Shown: positions 1-11,340 of the stretch, piece after piece
Layout: the number at the start of each line of letters is the position of its first letter
Position numbering within the stretch: the stretch's first letter is position 1
From: Psilocybe cubensis
Taxonomy: Eukaryota
DNA length: 64,000 bases
Reading direction: 5' to 3'
NCBI GenBank assembly: GCA_017499595.2
Contig: CM039008.1
Coordinates: forward strand, 434,001 to 498,000
The notes under the pieces: model-generated
The model's input: only the letters and a program-made list of their open reading frames with translations
Database searches by the model: none
What the model was told of the DNA's origin: nothing
Made by a program: the position numbers and the translations under genes

Positions 1-40
1 CACCCTGTGTCATTTACCGAATGGATGGCTATTCAATCAG

Positions 41-1498
41 TGTCTTGACTATTGGACCATCTTTTGTGATTAATGGCCAAGCAACTGCAACATTGGACCT
101 GGACGTTGGGCTCACCGTTGGAATTAGCTATACCATTGATAATGCCCAGCTCACTTTCCCGCCAAACGGTCAGAAATCCTCAGGCGCGTTTAACATTGGG
201 GATACTCGTAAGTCTCCGAGTCGTTTGTTGCTCGAGTTGCATTGTGAATTGTACCTAATATCTTCCTAAATGTTCCTAGCTTTGAAAATTACAGCAGGCG
301 CAACGGGCAAGGCAACTGGGACCGTCGAAGCCCATCTCATTCCTACGCTCAACTTTGGCATTTCTGCCTTGGATGACACCGTCAGCGCTAATGTCTTTCT
401 TGAGCTTGATGCCAGTGCAACCATGTCATTGACTGTACAGGCCGAGGCAAATGCTTCTGCCACTGTCAAGACTAGAAGTGAATTAATGTCCAAGGCTCAG
501 TCTCGTCGTGGAAATTTCCTATTGAGCCCAGAATCTCTGAACGCCCGTAGACCGCAATCTGACGACAATGAAGATGATAGCGAAGCCGATTCCGGGTCCG
601 AGGACAATTCATCCTCTATAGATGAGGATGAAGATAGTGCAGATGGTGATGTGGGCGATGATACGAGTGATGCTGACGCGGATAGCGATGCTGACATTGA
701 TGCATCCAATGAAGACTCAGCAGACGCAAACGACAATTCTAGCTCCGCTGACGGTTCTGACTCTGTTGATGACAATGGCGATCCGAACCTCAATGATTCC
801 ACTACAGAGGATTTCTCTGACCCTTCTAGTGTCGATACCGATACAAACAATGAAGACAATGGCGACAATACTTCAAACATAGGCAATGATACTGACGCTG
901 ACGACACCGAAACGGAGGGCGAGACTGCTGTATCAGACAATGTCAATCCAGTATCGCCTACTAGTACTTCGGCCAACACAGATGATGCAGTCACCTCCAT
1001 TCCACCAAAATCCAGAGTGGCTTTGGCCAGTCCAAGTACTACGACATCTCTGGGCGGATGCTTCGATATCGAAGCTGCTCTGGACGTAAGCGCCGGAGCT
1101 GATGGAAGCTTCTTCGGGTTGTTTGATAAGAGTACTAAAGTGGACCTTTTCAACAAAAAATTCGAAATCTTGAAGGTCCGTATACCCCATCCTTGTTGGA
1201 ACCCTTTTTGATAAGTCGCATCTTTAGAAATGCTTCGGCTCTGGGGGGGATGCTGCACGCCGTGATTTGGCCAGCGTATCTGCTCTCCGTTCTCGCTCGG
1301 CCAGCCGCTTGTTCTTCTCACGTGACAACTTGGCTGTTAAGGCGCGCGACTCTGGTCTGACTTGCTCGCCTGTAGCAGACGCCCAACAGCAAGATATCGC
1401 TGATCAGACAGTAGCAGCTTCGGAGTACGTGCTTTGTTGATATTTTTATAAACACTCATGAACCTTCTTCCTAATAATATAGCATCAAACAGTTGTAG
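41..1498 (+). CDS. 3' part of a multi-exon fungal gene: beta-strand-rich domain interrupted by a long Asp/Ser/Asn-rich tract; probably a secreted or cell-surface protein (5' end outside window)
   Basis: ORFs 21..269 and 270..1211 can be joined through canonical introns (GTAAGT ~209..CTAG ~279; GTCCGT 1176..TTTAG ~1228; GTACGT ~1425..ATAG 1482). The frame ends ...DIKQL* at TAG 1496-1498. Acidic tract ~560-930. Family assignment is unverified. Confidence 0.7.
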
Positions 1499-1603
1499 AC
1501 TCGTTACCTCGAATGAAATAAAGCTGTTTTTCTCTCCTTTGCTATTCCCACCCGCTGGGTTGGTTTCAAATCTCGCTCATTTCTAATATTTCCTGATTTT
1601 GCA

Positions 1604-4600
1604 TTATGGTACATTGTGGAGTTCGTTTGGATCTAGTAGAATGCTCTCAGCATCGCCAATTACAGAATCCCATGAGTCAGGTATATCTCTAGCGGAAGGG
1701 AAATCGAGTGACGCATGCACGAAAGCGATTTGGCTTTCGAAGGGTGAGAGGGGACAACCGAATTCCTGTGACAAGAATCTCAGAGTCTCTTCATCTACTT
1801 GCTTGATTGTCTCCCAAATCTTTGAGAGAAAGTATTGTTTGCTATCTACGCATTCACATTCATTACTTCTCTGTATTGTTGACGCAGGTGGTGGACTCAC
1901 TGATTACGTTAAACATTGGAGCCAAAGGATGTACATTTTGCGATATGGCTTGATACAATGGTTTGATGATCTCGGGATGAATAATTTTTGGGTGAAGATC
2001 GCCTACGATTAAGTTTGGCATTAAGCGTAATCCCGTGCAGTGTAGTCCTTGTAACTCACGATACTGCATAATAGTTTCCAATGTATATACCAATTCGCTG
2101 AGTAAGAACGTTGCATCTCTGGTGTTTATGATATGTATGATAAGATCCATCAGAATAGTGATATCGATCTCATCCCTCAGATCGCCTACCACGACGCCGT
2201 ATTCAGATTTATTGAGCGGAAAGAGGGTAGTAAAATCACGCACCGTAGCCACACAGGTATCCAACCCCAGAAAGTACTGCTTGGGAGACATAATTGTCGG
2301 GAGAAGTGCCGAGCTTCATAATTCTTCCAAGAGCACTGCTCAACATAATAGTGCTCCGACCATCCTCTTAAAAACAGAGTTCAATGACTTTGAACGGCAT
2401 TGTGGAGTAGCATAGACAGTAACTAACTTGTTGTCGCTATCTCCAACACAATCTCAATGGTCGATAGCTGTATTGCAGAGTCATTACTTGCAAGATTAGC
2501 TGATAGTGTGTCCATGTATTCAAGGGTGAACATAGAGCAGGCAGATGATTCTTACGACAGAAAATTAGTTGTCTTTCTGTATTAATTAAACGAAATATTT
2601 TTACCGCATTTCAGAAGCTTTAGAAGAAGATTTAAAGCCGTCAACCTGAAGAGGCTGTCACTGCTCGTTGAGGCGTGTAAGAGTGACCGTACGAGACTTC
2701 CTAACACAATCAATTGACGAAGCTGGGCTAAATTTGAAGGATAAATTGTTAAATCGAACAAATAATAGTTGGAAAATGTTGTACCATGGTTAATTATGTG
2801 TTCCAATGCATTCATGACATTCTCTTGCACCTCGAGCTCGCTTGTCGAGTCAAAGATCTCAATGACACTCATGAAAATCTCTGTGGAAAGAAACTTTATG
2901 ATAGTACTACCTATATTACGAGTCAATGTCTGATGCACAAAGAAGGTTGCATTAGACATACAGCTTTTGCGGCGACTGCACTCAGCGCAGCGTGATATGA
3001 CAAGCAGGGCAGCCATAGTTTCATGATATCTCTTGGTCGACAATAGCTTGCTTAGTATGACAGGGGTCCAATCGGTAAGGCTCTCAATCGGATCTGTGTC
3101 TACGAAAAATGGGTAAGAATATGCCACAAGCGCCAGCTATGTAAGGAACATACTATATGGTTTTAGCATACAGGTTTCCAAGAGCTTCAATGCCATTTGG
3201 CTCATCCCAGATCGATCCGCCCAATCTCTCCAAATGATAGTCAATAATGAGTCAATAATACCGTTGGACTGCACAATGAGCGATTTCATATGGTCTTTAA
3301 AATGTAGTTGAGCCAGATAATTGCAGAGATATCTAACGAGGGCTTACCGTGCTCCATAAGACTGATCAACAGAGTAAGTGATGCTCGCTTAACAGACGGT
3401 TCTCCCAAGTCTAGACGTTGAAGTAGGCGAGGAACAATCGTCGAATCGCTTACTTCTTGTCGGAGATCCACTTGCAATATGTATCAGTATAATAAAATGC
3501 GGGAAAGTCTCGAAATGGATCATACAATACTTCAAACAATGCTTCAACAAGTCCATGGAGAGCATCTGTGATGATGGCTCTGGTCTTCCCAGTAAATAAA
3601 CCATGGTTTGTATGAAGCCCGCAGAGACAAGATGGTTCTTTATGTCGCTTCTTAGCAATGTCAAAAAGTTGTTGGTATCATGATCTAATGTGGAAAGGAA
3701 AGAAGACATTGTTTCAGAATGAAAGACTGAAGCAGAGGAGCAAGAAAGGAACGTACATTTATCCAGTATATTAATTAGTGAGTTGTATGTAATATCAATG
3801 GACCACGAATTAAACGCGTCCGTATTAGAAATTGTATTAAGCTGAAATAGAATAACGTCTGCGTTGAATAAACAGTCGTTGATTGAATCTGTATATTTGG
3901 GTAGTCAGAGTGGCCAGGTACAGCTCAGATATACACCGCATCACCCACCATCACACGAAATAACGTATAGAAGTAAGAATAATTTATCGGTGAACTCTGA
4001 CATCGATTTTCCAAATTTGAATATGTCAATCAGTGGGTCCATAATGGAAGGTATCAGAACCATCTTCAGCTCGTCTGTGTAAATATTAATCATAAGTATA
4101 GAAGAATCTGTACAATACGTCGAGCCCATACCAAATTGCAGGCACATGTGTACAAAGTCTATGATGTGCCGATGGATGCCTGCTTCAGATCTATTCTGGA
4201 TTAATGCTAATCCTACGGCCTTGCCCAAGTCAATTAATGTTTGTTTTGAACGAGAATCCTCTGTACAACACATTGTCAAGGCAATTCAAGATCATTTAAA
4301 GGACTATTTACCAAACTGTAGTATGACGATCAGGACTTTCATAGCCGCAATCTGCAAACTGTCGTCTCCAGTTTCGAGCATATTCAACAAGGCACTAGTG
4401 TGATTTAACTGGTTAAATTTGTCTCTTGGATAATCTGTCAAAAGCAATCACGAATCTACTATGGAACACTGGTAAAGGGACGTACTATGACGCAGAAATT
4501 GAGAAAGAACCATCACTGCCGCTTCCTGCACATTCAAGTGCTCGCTTTTCAGCATCCCAGCGAGGAATAAGGTAAGGATGGATTCAATGCAAGGTTCTAA

Positions 4601-6901
4601 CATTGACTGGCTGTAGAATACCTCTAAAAATACACTTTAGCTATCAAGGTTTGGATGGATTGGTTAAGGAGTACCTTGATTGTTGTCAGATTCGTCCGTG
4701 CCGTCAAACCGAAGGAAAACCGCAAATGTAAGAAGTGCTTCACATTGAAACTGGGAATCATTGCCTGGAATATGGTCGAGCAATAGGCCGACGATGCCCT
4801 GGTGGATCAGTGCTACACAACAAGACTCTAGGTATCATCAATTTCTGGAGTCACTGCCCATTGAAGCGAAATAGAAAGTACATACCATGGACACCTATGG
4901 CAGAAATGGAACTCAGTACTGCTCTTTGAACCCGTTTTTGTGGGTGTTTTATCATATTGGAAAGCGTGTTTCCGAGTTCAGGACCTAAAAGCATGGGATG
5001 CATGCGTTCTATTGCCGATATGAGACGACAATCGGATTATACAAAGCCACAGTACGCACCATTCAGAGCCAAACATTTGAGTGTAGATCCCTTATCCATC
5101 GCAGAGAGAATAAGAGAAGCGTCAATCAACCACTGTCGATGCAGAGGGTTTGTACAATTAGAAATCACTTCCGGAATACGATTGGTGAATTCGGCAGGTA
5201 TCAGAAATCCTGAGCGTATCCGCACATGGATGTGGATGCAAATAATCAATTCAAGAATATCGTCTTGGAACATATCCCAATTTGACAGGGTCCCTCCCGG
5301 TTGCAGAAAAGCTACGAGTGAGCTAGCGCTCCAATTTAAGGAAGAATGGGTGGTCTGGACAAGAGACAGCATAACTGTAAGGTATGCTCGAGTTACATCG
5401 GAAGAGGTTTCAGTCTTGTCTAGGGAGGATAGAAGCTCCGTGATGTTGCGGGTCAAGACTGGTAATGGGTCTGCAATATACAAAGCCTCCTGCAACCTTG
5501 ACGACATGGGTAGTCCCGCAATGGCACAGACTGGATCATCAAGTTTGAAGGTTCGCGCCAGTGAAAACAGACCAACGAGGACATCTGTCCTCAATTCGTC
5601 TGATGGGGGGTTTGAAACGAGCATGAGATGATATAAAGATGAGAATGTGTCGAAGATGCCCTTTGTCCATGTCCTACGAAGTTTGGTCGTGGACAAAAAG
5701 ACATGGTCGACATGTGTGTAAGAGCCGGTAACTCTCCGCGCCTTACGTCGGCGTTGGCGGGGAGTGAATACCAAGTGTCCAATCGCATCTGCCAGGAGAA
5801 TGAGAGGAATAAAGACGCCAGGAATCTAATAAGAGATATGTTGATGTCCTTCATAGAATTTAAAGACCATCGCTTACAATTGGCAGCAAGCCAGATATCG
5901 GAGTATTAAACGGGGAATTGGGATTGAGAAGCGGGCGAATGCTACATCCTAGGTAGAGGAGCATGGTGATGGCAATAAGCGTCGTCACAACTACCCCAAT
6001 TCGCGGGTTGTCCTGAAACAATAAAATGACGAGGCCGCCAAAGAAGAGGTAAAAGGCAATGTGCAAGGTTATTGGCAGGGCATGTATAACAGCTCGTAGA
6101 TGTCGTTGGTCGTCGCCAAAGAACCGTCGATGACGATTGCAGGCGTCGATTATGGGCAGTCCAGCTGATACAGGAATAAATTGGGATACCCACCCTTTCG
6201 CCAAGATTGTGCCAAAGGCACCCGTTAAGGCAAAAGTGAGGCTGACGAACCAGAGTCCATTCACCCATACCAAAGGTGATGAGGGTACAAAGGTTGTTGA
6301 TAGCAGGGAATTCTGATGACTTTCCGACGACAGGGTTTGAATGAGGTCTCTGATCAAATTATTCGTGATAGCCTGAGGGTCTTGTTGGAGATCTTTTCGT
6401 GTCTCGATAAGAAAGGCAGTCAAAATGGCAGAAAACAGGCCCGCCTATAAATTGACGTCAGAAACAAAATTGTGGAACAAGCAAAACATACAAATATCAA
6501 GATGGTATCCAAGTCACTGTTCCATATTCTCATCAACTCTTCGCCTTTTGATTTGGTCAAGTCGAGGTACATCGACCAGACCTTTGCATCATCTACTAGG
6601 TAGTCCGCGAATGGGTTTCGGAGGTCTGCATTGGAGGTTGCCACGTATTCCCTAGCTGCCGTTTCAATGGATGCTCTCGATGGTGGCCGGTAGACTAATA
6701 CGATTGTTGTTATTGGTCTTTTTCAGGCGCATCTGAGGTAAAAAACATACCCTTTGTGTCAGACAACCGTGATTCTGCCCTCTCCACGTCGCGGGGAAAT
6801 GGAAAACGATAAGCAAGCGCTGATAGAGTACTGGTCCCATTCCCTGATTGGATTCTCAGGCACCGTGCGACAATCTCCCAAAACGACGATTTCGCCTGCA
6901 T
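1604..6901 (-). CDS. Full-length DUF6535-like transmembrane-domain protein with C-terminal ARM/HEAT-like helical repeats (multi-exon)
   Basis: Manual splicing gives an open frame: ATG 6901, exons 6901-6751, 6694-6492, 6444-5878, 5825-5060, 5008-4886, then further short exons. The motif 'DAKVWSMY...WNSDLDTILIF/AGLFSAILTAFLIE...DLQQDP...VWVNGLWFVSL' is recognised as DUF6535-like. Downstream exons encode ~40-aa leucine-rich helical repeats (e.g. 'IVPRLLQRLDLGEPSVKRASLTLLISLMEH'). Stop inferred at 1604-1606; the 3' exon boundaries are not all resolved. Confidence 0.75.
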
Positions 6902-8047
6902 GTGTTGTTCTTGAAGGTTTTCGCGTCTATGCCTGAGCAAGGTCAACAAACACGTCGTCCTCCTCGCTGCTTATAGTGAAAAGGTTAGACACTCGTGAGT
7001 CATACGCACCATTGAATTTACGGTCGTGTGGCAATGCGAAGGGATTGGCACCCTGGCGGATTGGTTTTCCCAAATGATTTGCTGCCTCAAATAGAAATGC
7101 ACTGGTTTACATACATGAATTGACAGCGATAAGTATGTATCGGCAGTTGACTTACCCTTCAATTGCTTCGAATCCCAAATAGACGCTCATTTGCATCATT
7201 CAATCATTTGGGAAAGTTAGTTTGGAAGGACCGAGGTTCGGATGTTCGGATGTCATCTCTGATGGATTCCCTGTGAATGGAAACTCAATAGACATGTAAG
7301 TGGGTGCAATTTGCATGTTTAGAACAACTACGCCAATACGCACCTACACTTCCGAGTGGCGTGGCGGCCATTCGAAACGAGAACTTTTGAAAGTTGACGC
7401 CCCTTTTCAATTCCGGCTTTCCCATTTGTGACGAATTTGCTCATGTTTGGGTCAAAGGCTTAAGTATGCCGAATGATGGCCGATAGAAATATTTCATTTA
7501 CCGCGATGGCCGAGCATCTCACCAGGGTAATATCAGGATACAGTGGCTTGCGGAGTCCTCTTGTTCTTCCTGATGACTTTTCTCAACTTCAGAGTCTATT
7601 CCTTCGAATACCTCTCTCCTGCTTGATAGATTCCGACTGTGGCACCAATTTCTATTCACTCTGTTCGGCATGCCTGCTCTTCTGCCGAAGTGCTCCCTGC
7701 TAAGGGTTGAGGATAATCTGCGCAGTGCAGGTGTAGTGCATTCATCGTCTTTTATTTAAGCATGCAATGACATCTAAATGCTCTAGGATCATCCGGTGCA
7801 GACACCTCTTTCGACTCAGCTCGCACCTCGCTCTCCACCCGCAAACATTTACTCGCATTCCAAACCGCCATTGGCGCTCCAGAACGTGCCCCCTTCCCTG
7901 TAATTGCTGCAATTCACGGTCATTGTATCGTTGGTTCACGAGCTTACGTATACCGCTCGAGTCTTCTCATCGGACGAGGCTGGGGCTAGTTTCTCGCGTC
8001 GTTCTGCCTCTAAAAGGGAATTTTCTGGTGAGATGAGGGTCGGTTAA

Positions 8048-8275
8048 GTGTGTTTAGATGGTGAAATCTATTTATATCACAAAAAAACAGCCTAGTTCAT
8101 ACATTCCAACACCTTCAATTTATCGTACAAGCAGAGGTTAGCCCCGCCCGAAGGCCAGTGCGGGGCGTAACAGGTCTATCTACTACGGAAAGTGCTTACC
8201 TCTCTCTCCGAACACCTACTAACCTGACACGTCACGCATAGGTGCTGCTCCTAGCACTGGCAGAGTGGGCTTTGC
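8048..8275 (-). ncRNA. Candidate structured RNA, possibly the 3' end of a non-LTR retroelement (also at ~18091, ~34583, ~44626, ~61158)
   Basis: On the - strand: stem GUUA(C)GCCCC/GGGGCUAAC, inner GCC-UUCG-GGC tetraloop hairpin, and a GCACUG bulge complementary to upstream CAGUGC (+ strand 8254-8261 versus 8154-8161). Confidence 0.4.
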
Positions 8276-8574
8276 TGTTGCGTAAGTGATGCGCAAAGAC
8301 AAACGTCGATACATTGTGGAAAGGCTGGTTGCGGCTGGATACAAGTTCACGGTCCCGCGTGGCCATACGGGTGTGCGGATTGGTGAAGAGTAGGCGTCGA
8401 AATGCACGTTGCAGCTCAGTCGGTGGCATACACAGAGTGGGCTTGCGCACCAACACATGTGCAGATCGGTGTAGCGTCGTCAGCCAAGGTTACAAGGGAA
8501 TGACATGGTGGGGACAATATCAGATGGGTGGCCAAGGACACTTGAATCAGGTAAGAGTACATGCGCCGCGTGCG

Positions 8575-9720
8575 GGTCGGCGGACGTCAACTCATCCCTA
8601 GCAGTCCCCTTGTGCATACACTCCTGCGCCTCTGTTTACTGCTACGTTGCCTTGTCGGACATCGATGTAGAGCAGAATGTTATTGGGGATATAGGGCAAA
8701 AGGACATGGGTTGGCAGGCGTTGATACTGTGCATCACAGCATCCCCGGCACCTCTGGTCAGTGCAACGTCCCTACTCGTTCTTGCGCAACTTGGCGGATG
8801 GCGATACCACGCGTCAACGCAGATTGCGCAGCTCGGCGGACGTCGATATAGAGTGTCGGGGCATTGGCGTGGCGGGTGTCAACACATCCCTGGCCCTGGG
8901 CATTGGCAAACCATGGGGTGGCGGGCGTAGATGTCTGTTGGTCGGCGGGTGTCGATACATAGCGTCAACGCGCCCCACCCCGGAAGTCGATGAAGGGTGT
9001 CGAGGCAGAGTCCATCCCTCCTCCATGCTGGTCGGCGGACGTCAATACATGGCGTCAACGCATCCCCACCACCGGAACTCGATACAGAGTGTCGACGCCT
9101 AGTCAACGCCTCCACTAACAAGGCCCCGACACCTCCCCACCACGAGTATCAGCTGAACGTGCTGGTCGGCGGACGTTGATACATGGCGTCAGCGCATCCC
9201 ACCACTGGAAGTTGATACATCGTGTCGAGGTAGAGTCCATTCCCGGCATCACTCGAGGCTGAATGTGTTGGTCGGCGGACGTCGATACATGGCGTCAGCG
9301 CATTCCCGGAAGTCGATGCAGCGTGTCGAGGCAGAGTCCATCCCCGACACCACCCCACCTCGAGTCTGGGCTGAATGTGCTGGTCGGCGGACGTCGATAC
9401 ATCGTGTCCACGCGTCCCCACCACCGGAAGTCTACGTCACGTCAAACGGCACCTCCCCACCTCAAGTGTCGGCTGAATGTGTTGGTCGGCGGGCGTCAAT
9501 ACATAGCGTTAACGCGTCCCCAGGACCGGAAGTCAATACGTCGCGTCAAGGCAGAGTCAACGCCTCCACTAGCGCATGACCGCTGCCCTAAGACCACCCC
9601 ACCTTGAGCGTCGGCTGAATGTGCTGGTCGGCGGGCGTCGATACATAGTGTCGACGCAAACGCGACACATCCTATCGTGAACACATGTCGCCGGGCGTCA
9701 ATATATCGTGTTTGCGCATC
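8575..9720. repeat. GC-rich degenerate tandem repeat, core GGTCGGCGGACGTCGATACAT (also in units 2-5 at ~18618, ~35110, ~45153 split by element 2, ~61685)
   Basis: Core recurs at about 8575, 8940, 9029, 9164, 9270, 9382, 9484 and 9626, with spacing ~90-140 bp from 8940 onward. The intervening sequences are homologous to each other. Confidence 0.85.
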
Positions 9721-10857
9721 CGTGGGTAAACTCCTCAGGGTCGCAGACGCACACGGACCTATGTTCCGTCATCTGGAGACTAGAACCGTGTCAATACTTG
9801 TTTTTGGAAAGATATTAACTTGTACATACCTCGGGAACATACTTTCATGCCTTCAGGAGGATGGCTCTAGGATGTATTGGTGAACAACTGCAAGATAAAA
9901 AGGTCAGAATAAGCTGGTACAATGCACAGAGAGTACATACCAAAAACACAATGTCTGCACCCTCAGAAGCGCCCATGTGGCAGTCATATTGTAGCAAAAC
10001 TATTGAAAAAGGTCAGAAAAAGTGGAGGAACATCATGGAAAGACTTACAGAGTAGAGGGGACAGCAGAATGGAAAAGTCGAAAGCAAGGCAGCCGTGAAC
10101 TCCTGGAAATCAACTTTTAGTTTTTTGTTTGGCAGTACCACCATGCGCAAACATACCGAAAGGGAGGTCAACTTGGCTTCAGACACAACCACAACCATGA
10201 AAAGGCCAGGATACGGCCAGAAAGACACCCAGCATTATGGGCGCACATTGGTGGGTCCTCTCATTTGTACAAGCCTTTATATACTCATTTTCTGCCAAGA
10301 TATTACATGAATTGTTAGGTTTTGTTGACGCGTCGAGCATACGCGCCGCTGCGTTCAACAATCTTTGTTGATTCAAGGTACATTCTCTGCGCGTTTGAAG
10401 GTATGTTTTATTTCTCTCCGGTTGAACAGTACGCTATGTTGACGTTATCGGGTATGTTTGACTCCATTTTTTTCATTAGCTCCGGCACTTGATTGACTGA
10501 CGACTTCCTCACAAAAGATTTTAATGTAAGTTCTCTTTGCACAATTTTATTGGATTCATATTCCACTTCTCCATTTATCGACAGTAACGACGCGAATACG
10601 AACACTGCAACAGGACGCACGCTGCAAAAAATTGAAACCGGAGGGCGGCATCAATGGTCAGGGTAGCATTTGTTTGAATAATCGTACGTTGCCGATTCCC
10701 CGAGTCTCCGTGCTATCCTGACAAACCTGAATTTGCTGGCAATCAGAATCTTACCCTGACTCTTCTGTTTCACCCACCACCACGTCTTTTCCCCTCTCCA
10801 AATTCATCCCCTCACTTCCACATTTTCTCCCCATTTTCACGGAGGATTGGATACACA

Positions 10858-11340
10858 GTGAGTATTCTTCAATGGTACAACGTGCAACGTGCTTACAATC
10901 TTTCAGGAGCTTTTGAAGCTACGCGTTGCTCCTGCAAACTCTTGTCCAAGAGTCCGTGCTTACTGGAAGCCACAGACGATTTCCCGTGTCAGACACGAAC
11001 AGGCGCCTCATGTCTGCGACTCCCCATCGTATTGGACTCTCAGACTACGCAATACCAAACCGTCAGGGAAAGTTTACCAGAGGTCAAGGCGATTCAGGTT
11101 GTGAGTGGAGACTCTTCACGACAAGCAGAACTCACATTTTTGTCTGATAGTGTGCACGCGAACGCTGCTTTGTGAGTATCCTCTCGTCCTCAATTTTATT
11201 TGTCTGCTAACTTTATTGCAGCTTCAGAGAACCGTGAAGACTTGACGCAGTGTTCACGCGCACTCGTCCTCAATTCGATATGTCTGCTAAATTGATTGCA
11301 GCTTCAGAGAACCGTGAAGATTTGACGTGATATTTCTGGG
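10858..11340 (+). other. Possible small spliced transcript with a duplicated ~80-bp acceptor/exon module (units 1-4)
   Basis: Pyrimidine-rich leader ~10760-10840; GTGAGT donors at 10858, 11101 and ~11172; two copies of TGTCTGCTAA..TTGCAG|CTTCAGAGAACCGTGAAGA. No recognisable protein. Confidence 0.3.

Noticed and set aside
497-1321. 274-aa minus-strand ORF
   Set aside because: Antisense shadow of the low-complexity acidic exon.
4957-5631. 224-aa plus-strand ORF
   Set aside because: Antisense to DUF6535 exon 4, and broken by a stop in copies 2-5 while the minus frame stays open there.
8137-8185. Hairpin as a Helitron 3' end or an HDV-like ribozyme
   Set aside because: No clear CTRR terminus at the expected distance on the + strand, and no HDV L3/P1.1 motif could be fitted. 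Kept only as an unassigned structured-RNA candidate.
8575-9720. CRISPR-like array (conserved ~21-nt core with spacers)
   Set aside because: Eukaryotic context, no cas genes, irregular spacing, degenerate cores and spacers homologous to one another.
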